In this document: positions 32,567 through 44,084 of the stretch, piece after piece | Layout: each line of letters starts with the position of its first letter | Position numbering within the stretch: the stretch's first letter is position 1 | NCBI GenBank assembly: GCA_946965045.2 | Contig: OX337228.1 | Span: forward strand, 6,386,001-6,450,000 | Reading direction: 5' to 3' | Length of the DNA stretch: 64,000 nt | Origin: Epithemia pelagica | Taxonomy: Eukaryota > Protista > Bacillariophyta | Program-made: the position numbers and the translations under genes | Notes under the pieces: model-generated | Database searches by the model: none | What the model saw: only the letters and a program-made list of their open reading frames with translations | Told to the model about the DNA's origin: nothing

Positions 32567-35500
32567 TTATAGCGTCGCTCCGGCTTTCAAGGCAGCAAGA
32601 TCTCTCTGCAAACGCGCATTCTTCTGCTTCAGATCGTTTACTTCATCCGAGAGCCTTTTCGCTTGTTCCTCAGCGAGCTTGGCTTGTTCTTGAGCTCTTT
32701 GTAAACCAGATGTTCTTTCGAATCGAGATTCAGCATCCTTCAGAAGACGACGGGTCTTATCTGATGTGAGAGTCTCTGCAACTGCCTTTCTAACAATGTC
32801 GTCGTTCGCAGATATCAACTTGCAAAGAGACGGGAACACCGACGGTACAAGTATTTCCGTTCCTTTAATCTCTCGGATACATTGGCATATTGCCAGTGTT
32901 GCATCAATATTGTATGAATCTCCGTTCTCTTCAGAAGAAAAAGTAGAACGCACTGCTTTTTCCACGGTTTTTTGGCACATGGTCCTTAGATATGGGTTGT
33001 CAGCCTGCAACTTGCACGCTCCAGCGCAGAGTTTGGCAAACAGTTGGATGACTTCATCGCGGTGTCTCTTTGAATGTGATATGACATCGGAATCCGAGTG
33101 AAAAACGCTGTATCTTTCATGCAGTTCTGCGACATTAAGACAATTGTTAGTACCAGTAACCATGGCATCACAAAGAACGGCCGAGAAGCTGGGAGGTGTC
33201 TTGGGCACGATGATTGTTACAAGCTCTGTCACCTCAGGTACCCGCGATATCTTTAGCATACCCTTTCCCATTGGAACTTGTGTGATCATGATTGAGAAAG
33301 CAGCAATTAATGATTCCCATGCTCTCGCAATAAGGTGAGAGGAGTTGCCGCCTGCTTTTTCTTCAATAACAGAACAAGCCTCTAAACCACTCGTGATAAC
33401 CGGGATCATTCTCTTGTAGTCAATTTTGTATCGATTTTCTTGACGTATAGCCAGCATTCCATCTTTCGCTTCCCGCTGGAATACCTGGAGAACTTCGTTC
33501 AACACGTAAGCTTGACATTCAACGGGTTGGGTCGATTCTTGGACCGCTTCCACTATTGCTTTCACTGCTTCAAGTCCAACACTTTCGCTCTTTGCTATTT
33601 CGGTCTGTTTTGCTGTGTCAGTCTGTTCTGTTTGTAATCCCTCTGCTTTCTTCATGAAAAAGAAAACATCACCAAGCTGAACCAAATGTCGAAGCGCATA
33701 GCAGGATCCTGCCTTGCCCATGGAGTTCAAAAGCTGAATGGAAGTCCTCTGTGCTTGATTCAGAAAACGAGCTGAATCTGGTGTTACCACGTTCACAACA
33801 TCAACAATCATCTTGGCGAAGCGTTCATCTAGATTCGTATCATGCTCTTTGGTGTCTTGTTCTTTCTCATCTTCAATGCTGTTGATTGCTGCCATGACAC
33901 TTTTCGGTCGCAACTCCAAGTCTTTACTACAATCATACAAAGTCGTTAAACCTGTGGCGAACTTGAGCAACACCTGGAGTTGTGCATCATCAATATCAGC
34001 TTTTGGCAGATTACAAACAACCCCTACATAGGATTCCAAACTCTCGAACGCCTCGAGAAAGAAGTTTTTCCTCGCAGTTTCACACACAAGGGAATGCGAC
34101 CTTGTGGTCTTTCCATGAGTTGGTGCCTTCGTTTCTCTCACCGTTCGAAGTGCTCCATCAACCACTTCCATATTTGTACCAACGTTGGCAGGAGCAACTG
34201 ATTGTAAGCCGCCTTCACTAGACAATTGACAGCACAATGCGATCAATTCGACTCCAACCGACCGTATAGGCAATGTCTCTCTACTTCCCCCCTCTTGAGT
34301 TGCACCCTCGTAGGCATAATCTAGTATTTGAACCCAAGCATCTTGGAACCATGGCACGTCGTCATTCTTGGCTTTTTCTGGCTGAGCAGCCACAATATCT
34401 GTGGTATCCAAGAGCTTTGGGAAAAAAGCACGAAGCACTCGAATCAATCCACGCAAAACGACAACTTGAGTGGCGATCCATTGTTTGCTTTCAGAATCTC
34501 GCGAGTGATGGAGGGACAGCTTATACCTTGATTTCCTTTTCTCCGGAACTGGAAGGTTTTCAGTTACGTCGGTATCAGCCTCTCCTCGAGCCTTACTGGA
34601 AACGAGATTGTAGACTTTGAATATAGTATTTTGGACACAAGATTCCCAACTGTCGGCGGAAAACCCAGATCCTCGGCCAACGATACAGGAGAAGAGTGTG
34701 TTAACGGATGCGTTCCGAACCTCCGGTCTGCTGTCTGAAGAGAGAAGCACAAGCTTCGAAAGGGCACGGTCAATCGAATCAGTCCCTTTATCTTGGTCTG
34801 CAATCGTCCAGAGCATCCCAATTGCCGTCAGCGAGGTGTTAACATCTTGTCTCGAGCTCCCGAAAGCCGCACAACAGTCCAGAAGTGCTATCTGAGCCGC
34901 ATTTTCTTCTTTTAGTTCGTCCATGAAATCATTAACGATGAATTTTAAGCAGCGGAATGCTTCCAGGCAGCATTTGGACCAACCTGAGTCAGACCTGTCG
35001 TACTCTGAAGATTTGTTTCCGGATAGAGTTGACAGAGAACCAATGACCATTGACCAGATATCACTAGAAAGGTTGTGATCCGCTGACTCCAAAACAGAAT
35101 AGAGAGTCTCCAAAGCCGATTCCGCAACGGGAGGATGTGGAGCGAAGCGAAGGGACTCACACAACGGTCCCAAAACTTCCGTTTGTGGTAACACTGCATT
35201 ATTGCTTCCAGTACTGGCATGTCGGTCTTTGACAATTGACTCTACGGCCAAAAACTGACTTTGCATTGGATTTTCGAAGACAATCCGACCCGGACCTATA
35301 CATGGGGCCGGTGATCCATCACCGCTTGATATATGTGTCATTGTTAGAACCGCAATGGTATCCATCAAGAACGGTCTGGCTGGGGCGGAAGAAGCAGCGA
35401 GGCTTGATAATGATCCCGATATCTTTTCGCCACATTCATGGTATCTGAAAGTATTTGCCATGGCGATGTCAGCAAGTAGGGCGAGGGCAAATGGAACCCG

Positions 35501-38407
35501 TCCAATGGAGTCTAGTCGTATAGTACACTTTGATTTTGCTACACGCTCCGTAAAGTCTCGTCGATACTCCTCATAGAATCTGCTTTTGGGCCGACCTGGG
35601 TGAGTCGACGTAGAAGCTCTCTCATCTGTGGAAGTAGATTGGCTTCCATAGATGGCACGTACACCGATATTGATAATCTGACGACTGATCGATTCAGAGG
35701 ATTTTTCCGACTGAGACGAATCCGAAAATCGCCCCTGAGACCCTTTATTGGTGTCCAGAAGAAAGTCCGTGTCTTCCAAACAAGTTCGAATAACTTGACA
35801 AAGTGCATCGACCATGTGAATGAGAGAGTCATTGGAGAAACATGTACTGAATTTAGCAATTCGTCCGAACAAGGTTGAGATTGTCAATGCTGAATGGTAG
35901 GCTTCCTCGGTGAGCAAGGGAGATGCAATAGACATTGTAGAGAGCTCCTCCAGCGTAAGCAAAACAATTTCCCAATCTGTAGCGATGTATGGATAGTAAT
36001 TGTGCATGATTCCAATCAGGCATAGAAGAGAGTCAACGTGATGATCCTCTAGCAGTGAGGATGTATCATGTTTGCCCCAAGCGGGCAAAGAAAGCTTGCA
36101 TAAGGAAGTTAAAAGGGCCTTCTGCATATCAACAGAGGGAAAGCACAACCGTGCTAATCTGTCATAACCTCCCAACGCTAGACGCACAACCCCATCAGAG
36201 CCAGGGAAGCGTTTGAGATAATGTTGCAGCACAGACAAGGCGGGTCCAAATATTTCGACGCCTGACTCTCCTTTAGACGGCAGATGACCCACTGACTCCA
36301 TAACCTGTAATATAATTGATAGGGCCAACCACAGAGCTTCACCGAGTAAGGAAGCATGATCCACCAAAGTGTCCCAGTCATCATCAACATCATGCTCCAA
36401 CCGCCGTAGAAAAGACGACGTCGCCTGATTCGTTAGTTGGTCTTGACCCAACTCTCCTCCTCTACTTTGAATGAATTCTACCAGTTGCATCATATTCCCT
36501 TCACAGCTTGCCGCTAAAGTTGCTAGGTCACTCAAGGTTTCCGTCAACAGACCGACAGTGGAACGATCTTGTACCAACGACACAGCTGCATCCTCTGTTT
36601 TCATGACACGATACAAGACATCCAACGCCAAACACGCTTTCCCCAAAATTGCCCCTGAAACCAAAGGTTTGATATGGACTTGCTGTTGTTGCTGTGGAAG
36701 ATTTTGTTGAGGGGGTGGTTGAGGGGGCTGTGTCATTGCGGATCGCGAGGTAGGAATTGTGGCACTGTCGCCAATAGTTGAAGCCACAACTTGTGTATAA
36801 ACAAAGCCGTCTTCAAAATCCGGATGGCTCCGAAAGCTGTCCGTTGCGGTTGTGACAAATTGTAATATGAGCTGAATAAGTTGGAACGACTGTCTAGGAT
36901 ACAGAGGACTCAGTTTCATAAGAACCAATGCCACCCATTGCTGCAAAATAGCTTGTGATACCTCGACCGATGACGTAGTTCGCACGTGTTGGACAAGCGC
37001 GGATGTCATTTGAAGAGTTTCGAGGGCAACACTCTCTGACAGTTGGTGCTCTGTATTTTGATATACTTTGGTAAGCATATTCAAGGCCAAACGCGGCGAC
37101 GGAGGAACTGGAGTGGGGCTTGACGTGGATTTTTTGGTCAAACTGGTCGATGAGGCCGAGATTGCCGCCGACGTGGTTCTACACAAGACAAAGGCGCCTC
37201 GTAAGGTGGAGGATACCGACGGAGGAGGCGAGGATGACGAGTATATTGCTGATTGACCGATAATCAATAAATCTTGCCATGTGGCTTCTTGTAAGGAGAT
37301 CAAATCAGACATGCTGTCGCTATGATTTCGGCGATTATCGCCTTGAGAAGAAGAGAATTGTTTCGGATCAGGTAGCGGCTCATACAAAAGACTTAAAATT
37401 TGGGACAGCGTAGAATGTGCCGCTTGTTGAATGACAGAAGAAACAGGTCCTCCCGAGCTCCCCGCAGCGGAGGCTTTCTTTTTGCTCATCCCACCCGATG
37501 TATGGTTCATGGAAGGTGATAGGCACAAACAAATGACACCAAAGGCATGTTTCCACAAAATTGTGTCCCTGACGAGATGTTCTGGATAATTGCGATGCAT
37601 ACTCTGCATAAGCTCCAAAAGAGACGACAGGATATCGAGTGCGAGCTTTTCCATTTGCTTGACCGATGCCAAACTGGACGAATGCCCTGTCCTGCCTGTT
37701 GAGCTACTTACAACATGTGAACCAGAGGCAGGTGCCGATGTTGTAGCTGGGGTTGCGATAGACGACGAAGTCTTGTTAGGACTCGATCCAGAAGTGGATG
37801 AGGTCGACGACCAAAAGAACCAGCTGCTAGTGGATGAAGAATTTGAAGTGGATGGGGCAGTTGTTTGGTTAAGTCCTTCCGTAAGATCTTGCGACAGTTC
37901 CGCCGAATGGGATGGGGCTATTTCCTTGCTATCCAACGATCCAGTAACCGAAATATCAGGAGTTGTCGAAGAAGCATTTCTCTTGTTGTTGTAATGTTTT
38001 TGATAGTATGCCGCAACTACTTGAGCTTGTATCATCCATACTCGAACCAAATGAATGGCATCCGATGGAACAACGGCATCGGCTTCGATCAGGAGCCGCA
38101 TGGCTCGAAAGGAAATCTCCAACAATTTCGGACTGGCATTGGGGTAATTGGCGGCCAACAAGAAGGGATGTAATAATTCAAACGACTGAAAGAGCTTTGT
38201 AGTTGGTGCCGCTCGAGATTCCTTGGATGATCCTCGAGTTTGGCTATGAGCAGCATTAGCTTGACGTACGGCGGTGGCATAGGCATTTTGATATTGTCTC
38301 AAGGTGCGAGTGGCTCGTTCCGAAGCTTCTTCGACTCCAGGATGGCGTTTACGGGCTTCGGCCGCCAAATCACGCAAGGATTCTTCGAGTTGCTGGACAA
38401 AATTCAT
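32567..38407 (-). CDS. MON2: MON2 (Arf-GEF-like Golgi/endosome scaffold)
   Basis: N-terminal DCB-like region (L..LAAEARKRHP.V.EASERA; PFLLA), ALL..LCKLSLP, DVNTSLTAIGMLW and DSRPEVRN.SV.TLF. About 1946 aa, single exon. Confidence 0.9.
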   Translation of the reverse strand: MNFVQQLEESLRDLAAEARKRHPGVEEASERATRTLRQYQNAYATAVRQANAAHSQTRGSSKESRAAPTTKLFQSFELLHPFLLAANYPNASPKLLEISFRAMRLLIEADAVVPSDAIHLVRVWMIQAQVVAAYYQKHYNNKRNASSTTPDISVTGSLDSKEIAPSHSAELSQDLTEGLNQTTAPSTSNSSSTSSWFFWSSTSSTSGSSPNKTSSSIATPATTSAPASGSHVVSSSTGRTGHSSSLASVKQMEKLALDILSSLLELMQSMHRNYPEHLVRDTILWKHAFGVICLCLSPSMNHTSGGMSKKKASAAGSSGGPVSSVIQQAAHSTLSQILSLLYEPLPDPKQFSSSQGDNRRNHSDSMSDLISLQEATWQDLLIIGQSAIYSSSSPPPSVSSTLRGAFVLCRTTSAAISASSTSLTKKSTSSPTPVPPSPRLALNMLTKVYQNTEHQLSESVALETLQMTSALVQHVRTTSSVEVSQAILQQWVALVLMKLSPLYPRQSFQLIQLILQFVTTATDSFRSHPDFEDGFVYTQVVASTIGDSATIPTSRSAMTQPPQPPPQQNLPQQQQQVHIKPLVSGAILGKACLALDVLYRVMKTEDAAVSLVQDRSTVGLLTETLSDLATLAASCEGNMMQLVEFIQSRGGELGQDQLTNQATSSFLRRLEHDVDDDWDTLVDHASLLGEALWLALSIILQVMESVGHLPSKGESGVEIFGPALSVLQHYLKRFPGSDGVVRLALGGYDRLARLCFPSVDMQKALLTSLCKLSLPAWGKHDTSSLLEDHHVDSLLCLIGIMHNYYPYIATDWEIVLLTLEELSTMSIASPLLTEEAYHSALTISTLFGRIAKFSTCFSNDSLIHMVDALCQVIRTCLEDTDFLLDTNKGSQGRFSDSSQSEKSSESISRQIINIGVRAIYGSQSTSTDERASTSTHPGRPKSRFYEEYRRDFTERVAKSKCTIRLDSIGRVPFALALLADIAMANTFRYHECGEKISGSLSSLAASSAPARPFLMDTIAVLTMTHISSGDGSPAPCIGPGRIVFENPMQSQFLAVESIVKDRHASTGSNNAVLPQTEVLGPLCESLRFAPHPPVAESALETLYSVLESADHNLSSDIWSMVIGSLSTLSGNKSSEYDRSDSGWSKCCLEAFRCLKFIVNDFMDELKEENAAQIALLDCCAAFGSSRQDVNTSLTAIGMLWTIADQDKGTDSIDRALSKLVLLSSDSRPEVRNASVNTLFSCIVGRGSGFSADSWESCVQNTIFKVYNLVSSKARGEADTDVTENLPVPEKRKSRYKLSLHHSRDSESKQWIATQVVVLRGLIRVLRAFFPKLLDTTDIVAAQPEKAKNDDVPWFQDAWVQILDYAYEGATQEGGSRETLPIRSVGVELIALCCQLSSEGGLQSVAPANVGTNMEVVDGALRTVRETKAPTHGKTTRSHSLVCETARKNFFLEAFESLESYVGVVCNLPKADIDDAQLQVLLKFATGLTTLYDCSKDLELRPKSVMAAINSIEDEKEQDTKEHDTNLDERFAKMIVDVVNVVTPDSARFLNQAQRTSIQLLNSMGKAGSCYALRHLVQLGDVFFFMKKAEGLQTEQTDTAKQTEIAKSESVGLEAVKAIVEAVQESTQPVECQAYVLNEVLQVFQREAKDGMLAIRQENRYKIDYKRMIPVITSGLEACSVIEEKAGGNSSHLIARAWESLIAAFSIMITQVPMGKGMLKISRVPEVTELVTIIVPKTPPSFSAVLCDAMVTGTNNCLNVAELHERYSVFHSDSDVISHSKRHRDEVIQLFAKLCAGACKLQADNPYLRTMCQKTVEKAVRSTFSSEENGDSYNIDATLAICQCIREIKGTEILVPSVFPSLCKLISANDDIVRKAVAETLTSDKTRRLLKDAESRFERTSGLQRAQEQAKLAEEQAKRLSDEVNDLKQKNARLQRDLAALKAGATL

Positions 38408-38818
38408 TCTCCGTTCGTTCACAGATGGCTTGCAGCTCTTGCTCTATGAAATAGCAACAAGTCGAGATTCCGACAGATCGCGATGGTATGATCTGTACAG
38501 ATGATATCGTCCTTGCTATCTTTGCTGTGTCGTGGAGGCAGAAGTGTCATTTGATTTTTGCAACTTCTAGAGAATTAAGGTAGCAAGTAGGAGTAGTCGC
38601 AGTTACTCCTGCTATGTGTCATTATCCAGGCCATTGACAACAACATGTTGACTTCACTCCTACTCCTAGGAGTAGAACTCATCGTGTTGATGCACCCTTG
38701 GGAGAAACACAAGTACGAGTGTAAGGAATGAAAGATTACTAGCATAGCCGTCTTCTTCTTTAAAGTACAGGCACCATCGTGCCATCCAAAACTTGTGTGC
38801 AGCACCCATAGGGATAGT

Positions 38819-39526
38819 TTAATGCGCTGCGACAGCTGCCTGTCGTGCGGGTTTCTTATCTTCTTCAGCCGAGTCATCCAATACGACATTACTAGTCGAT
38901 CTCGCTGATTGTGACGGTTGGTACTTTTCAGTGCAAGGTTTTGGACCGGATTGCTCCGTGGTAGCAGTTCGCGTGCCCCGATTGGCTCGTTCTCGTACCG
39001 CTTCTCGTCCTGGATAGACTCCTGCATCCACTAAATCATGTACATGTTGCCGTAAATTGGTCCGATAAAACAAGGAAGCCTTGGTACGGTATCTCTTTTC
39101 CACCAAGGAACTCGTGCCCATTCCATGTCGATCGTAAAAGGATTTCAATTGCTCATTTCCACCTTCAAGCATGGCCAATAGCTGATGATGCGTCCAGTGA
39201 TCCATGTCGATGGACCGTACTGTAGATACAGCCACTCCATATGAACGATGCCGTCCACTGCACTTGAGACACAGGAGGCACCCATAAGTCACCGAGGCCC
39301 AGTCTGGATTCGCAGCCCCACAATCGACACAGTGATTGTTTCCAGGTAAACTCCGTACCATTCGTCGACAGGCTGCGGGAAAGTAGCAATGCTTGGTGGT
39401 TCTGGACAAGTGACACGTTCGGTGGTCGGACGCTTCTTGGGGCAATCGCTGTTCCTGGGGTGGGCCATCGCGAATCATTTCCAATTCTTCCGACACCTGT
39501 TTCCAAAGAAGTGCTTGTTTCCTCAT
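38819..39526 (-). CDS. ArfGAP zinc-finger protein
   Basis: PGN..CVDC..NPDWASV.YG..CLKCSGRHRSYGV..S.VRSIDMD.W..M..GGN, with the catalytic Arg present. Confidence 0.93.
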   Translation of the reverse strand: MRKQALLWKQVSEELEMIRDGPPQEQRLPQEASDHRTCHLSRTTKHCYFPAACRRMVRSLPGNNHCVDCGAANPDWASVTYGCLLCLKCSGRHRSYGVAVSTVRSIDMDHWTHHQLLAMLEGGNEQLKSFYDRHGMGTSSLVEKRYRTKASLFYRTNLRQHVHDLVDAGVYPGREAVRERANRGTRTATTEQSGPKPCTEKYQPSQSARSTSNVVLDDSAEEDKKPARQAAVAAH

Positions 39527-40081
39527 GATGGATTTTAGATCGTCTTTACTGCTACGGCCTTTTTATGAGATGATGGATGCAACCACGAACCGGAAGCACT
39601 ACTTTTGTTCAGGGAAAGGATTGAGATGAGTTGTTGGTTGGTGCCGATTTGGTTTTCTTGCGGTTCTGTTTTTTTGGGGAGTGAATTTGATGCGGAACAC
39701 TGAAACGTGAAAATGAGAGGCGACCAGCGACGCGCACAGCTGCATGTGCAAAGCGCGCCCAACGGTTCGGGAAGTGAGCTTGCCGAAATTTTGTTCCCGA
39801 TGGCGAAGAATACTTAGAGAGAAAAGTTCTAGCTAAGTCTTTTCGCGCACAAAAGATCTGTTAGAACAGTTAGAGATTGCTATGTAGCCCAAATCTAAAA
39901 TTTTTCAGCAGCTTGCCCAGCGACTGAGGTACGTCCGTCCGTCCGTCTCTGTTCCCGGTCGCGCTCCGAAACAAGAGTTGCGATCGCCGCATCTTCTTGG
40001 GACGCGACTGATCTGCCGGATGCAAGAACGAGATTTGTCATTGCCCCTCATTCATGTCTCTTGCTTTCTCTGTTCTGCACC

Positions 40082-41404
40082 ATGTCATCGGCGGTCGAGG
40101 AGGTTGCATCGTTGCCATTGTCATGGACGTTGCATCGAATTCCACAAGAGAGTACCAAGGCAAGGATTGCTCGTGGTGCTTTTGGAGAACTCACCATAGC
40201 CGTACATCTGGGTTCTCAAGGAACGGACCTTGCCAGGAGTACGGCGGCAACCACCAAGACAAGGCCCTTTGTATCGGTGCGATTGGTGGCGATCAAAACC
40301 GTGTACCAAGTCTCCAGTGATTCGGGGGATCAGGACGATCAATTGTCCGAGATTGCATGTTTGCAGCGATTGGGGGAACATCCAAACATTGTGCCACTGT
40401 TGGATGCCTTTGCCACTTCGGGAACCGGTGGACCGTCCTCCTGCATGGTGTTGCCATACTGCCCAATTGACCTACATACAGTTCTGAAATGGAAACGTCA
40501 ACCACTGCAGCAGCAAAACCTTTTGTCCTACCCTACGTTGTTTCGTATCGCACGACATTTATTGGCGGCACTGCACCATTGCCATGCTCACAACCTTGTT
40601 CATGGAGACGTCAAACCAGGCAATCTTCTCATAAACGTGGATACAGGAACCCTTCAGCTGTGCGATTTTGGAATCGCCGCGAATCAATGTAACAAAGGAG
40701 TGGCATCTCAAGGCGATCCAGCCATGTCAATGGAACAAGAGAGTTTGGATCGGAATCCACAACCTCGAGCCCTTTGTACGTTGCAATATCGTCCACCCGA
40801 AATACTCTTGGGCTTGTGTCCGATAAAATATGCGGATTCTAGCATGGACATGTTCTCGGCAGGCGTCACATTGGCCGAATGCATCACAGGCAAAATGTTA
40901 TTTCCAGGAACGAGCGATTTGGCGCAATTGACCCTGTACTTTCAGACATTGGGCACACCTTCGGTGGAGACTTGGCCGGGTGTGATGCATCTCCCAAATT
41001 GGGACAAGGTTTCCTTCTTGTCACATGCCCCCGATCCACAGTGGATCCGGCAAACGATGGCACGAGTTTCAGAGTTTCCCCCAAACGACGCATTGACAAG
41101 TGTCATTCAGCATACAATCCAGCTTGATCCCTCCAAGCGTTGGTCGGCTCAGAGGTGTCTGGATCAAGTGACGGGAGAGAACAAGGCTGTGATGGAAGAC
41201 TCTCAGATTGTTAGTCAGGCGTTTGTTTCCGAAATGGTCCCATTGTCTCTACGGCAAATGCCGCTCCTTTTGTCACCGCCCATGGGTGTGTTTGATCCTC
41301 TCGAGAAACAGATTGAACATGTGGCAAGGACACGAAGAGACTTTGAGTCGTCGTTGCATCCTTGGAATTCGTTGTCACCCAAGCTTGCAAGAGTCCCTGG
41401 TTGA
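40082..41404 (+). CDS. CDK-like (CMGC) Ser/Thr protein kinase
   Basis: VAIK, HPNIV.LLD, HGDVKPGNLL, DFG, TLQYRPPEILLG and DMFSAG motifs. Confidence 0.88.
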   Translation: MSSAVEEVASLPLSWTLHRIPQESTKARIARGAFGELTIAVHLGSQGTDLARSTAATTKTRPFVSVRLVAIKTVYQVSSDSGDQDDQLSEIACLQRLGEHPNIVPLLDAFATSGTGGPSSCMVLPYCPIDLHTVLKWKRQPLQQQNLLSYPTLFRIARHLLAALHHCHAHNLVHGDVKPGNLLINVDTGTLQLCDFGIAANQCNKGVASQGDPAMSMEQESLDRNPQPRALCTLQYRPPEILLGLCPIKYADSSMDMFSAGVTLAECITGKMLFPGTSDLAQLTLYFQTLGTPSVETWPGVMHLPNWDKVSFLSHAPDPQWIRQTMARVSEFPPNDALTSVIQHTIQLDPSKRWSAQRCLDQVTGENKAVMEDSQIVSQAFVSEMVPLSLRQMPLLLSPPMGVFDPLEKQIEHVARTRRDFESSLHPWNSLSPKLARVPG

Positions 41405-42320
41405 TCCATCGCAAACGTGAGACTTGAGTTCACCAAGACTATGGCAAACTCAGAAATGGAAACAAATGTGGGAAAGTCTTGGAGACATACGTGACTGATC
41501 GATCCACTGTGCGTTTTATCGCGCCGTTCGTTTATGGATTGGAAGATGCTTCGACTATATCTAGAAATAGAATGAATTCTGTCCCTAAAGAGATAGATCT
41601 ATGTTTTTTAGAAGCGCTTTTACGGCTCCATATTTGACGTAGATCGATCAAGCCACTTCCTAGGGGAGCAACTACTCCTAGGAGTATTCCACAGAGCTAC
41701 ATCATAGTCTACCATTGTCTATACCGTTCAGGTCGTAGTTCCAGTTTCCAGTATAGCGGGCGGAGTACTCATGATTGCGTCGTTGGATCGATTACGGAAC
41801 CCTGTGCCATATGTGAGATGTCACGTTCCTATCGGTTAAAGCACACATATATCCGGCAAAATTATAGACTATTCCATAGTAAGATTTTGTTTCTCCATGT
41901 GGGAAACGAGCTGGGTTGTGATCTTTCATTCCTTCCAAGTCCAACGAGAAGAAGAGAGCACCACACCAAAACAACAACCAAGGCAACCGAAAGAAGCGCA
42001 ACGGAGATAGAGCACGTTGATCCGCAGCATCTTTGTCTCTCATAGGACCCCGCAATTTCATCTCAGACCAACTGTTGATCAACAGTCATTGTATGGCACA
42101 CTGGCAAAGCGATAGTATTGTTGGTGCATGGACATTTCCCTGAGACATACTTTTGATACAGTTTTAGACGTTGTTGGGATTGAATAACCCTACGAAAGTC
42201 GCTCGAAAGATCCACCACTCCAAGGATTCATAAGCGCAGCATACTTACAAGGTCCAAGAAAGAAGGAAGCCAGCCAAGTCCTGAAAACATAAAAATCAAG
42301 CCAAAGTTGAAAAAAGACAC

Positions 42321-43675
42321 ATGACGACCGTTCAGCACGCGAAGGCGAACGGTAACGGCAAGAGCCCCGGACCCATTGTTTCAGGGACTGGAACGTATCG
42401 AGATGGATTGCATCAACCTGTGAAAGATACAAGATACAAGACCGAAGATGTAACTGATACGAAAGGTCGAGAGTTTGAAGATTTCTACCTCAAACGAGAA
42501 CTCCTCATGGGCATTTTCGAGAAAGGCTTTGAGAAGCCAAGTCCCATTCAAGAAGAAGCAATTCCTGTCATCATGCAAAATAGAAATGTACTAGCTAGAG
42601 CCAAGAATGGAACAGGAAAAACAGCGGCGTACATTATTCCGTGCTTAGAGAAAACTGACACCTCAAAAGAGCATACTCAAGGTAAGCGAACCTGAGAGCG
42701 GCATTGGTCGGCTTGCTGGTAAGCCAAAAGCTAACCCGTTTCATGAATTCCTTATTAACAGTACTAATCCTTATTCCCACAAGAGAACTTGCACTACAAA
42801 CATCCGCCATCGTCAAAGAGATTGGAAAGCACATGGGAGTCCAATGTATGGTTACAACAGGCGGAACATCTTTGAAGGATGATATCATGCGTCTCTACAA
42901 TACTGTGCACATTATTGTTGCTACCCCAGGTCGCGTCCTCGATCTAGCATCCAAAAAAGTAGCTGATCTCAGCAAGGTCCGAACGATTATAATGGACGAA
43001 GCTGATAAACTCCTCTCCAGCGAATTTCAGCCAGTACTGGAACAGATCATCGGTCTTTGTGACAGCGACCATCAGATATGCCTGTTCAGTGCAACTTTTC
43101 CGGTCACTGTAAAGGGTTTCTGCCAGAAATTTGTTCCAAACCCCTATAGTATTAACCTGATGGACGAGTTAACGCTCCGAGGTATCACCCAGTTCTACGC
43201 GTACGTCCAGGAACGCCAGAAAGTGCACTGCCTCAACACCTTGTTCACCAAGCTCGAGGTAAACCAGAGTATCATATTCTGCAATTCCGTCAATCGGGTG
43301 GAGTTGCTCGCCAAAAAGATTACGGAGCTTGGCTACTCTTGTTACTACATTCACGCCAAGATGCAGCAGGCGAACCGAAACCGTGTCTTCCACGAATTTC
43401 GCAATGGGGCGACGCGTCATTTGGTGACTTCGGATCTCTTCACACGTGGAATCGACATTCAGTCGGTTAACGTGGTGATCAATTTTGATTTTCCCAAGAA
43501 CAGCGAGACGTACCTGCACCGTATAGGTCGCTCGGGTCGATTTGGTCATTTGGGGTTAGCCGTAAACCTCATTACCAGTGACGACAAGCAAAATTTGCGT
43601 CGCATTGAACAGGAGCTGGGAACCGAAATTAAACCGATTCCCCCTGCAATCGATCGCAGTCTCTATGTTGGATAA
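42321..43675 (+). CDS. DDX6: DEAD-box RNA helicase DDX6/Dhh1; exons 42321-42681 and 42762-43675
   Basis: [39 protein letters not shown] and [26 protein letters not shown] intron at 42682-42761. Confidence 0.97.
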
Positions 43676-44084
43676 GATAATACTTTTTGTGGTGGAGTGA
43701 TTGGTTGGTTGGGAGTGGCCTACGGGATCTTCAACCAAAAACTCTCCTTCCCTTTTTGGACGCAGAAATCTTGGTAGCTCAATAATACGTTTAGCTGTCG
43801 ATTGACTATGTGACTGAACTTCTGTGAAGAACAGAGAACCCTGGATGAAAACTCTATAGGGTCTGGAGGCCGTTGCAAAGAGAGTCCTGGTCTTCCATGT
43901 AGAAAAGTGGATCCACCAAATGATTGAATGAGAACGATGACCAGTGACCAGTCGTCTACAAGGCTTTGACGATTCAAGGAAGGATTTGCATCTAATCTCA
44001 TCGATTTGAAGGCATCCTAGAACGAGGAACTCCTTTTTGATTTGAGAATTTGTATGTTCCATCAGGAATTACACTACGACTATA

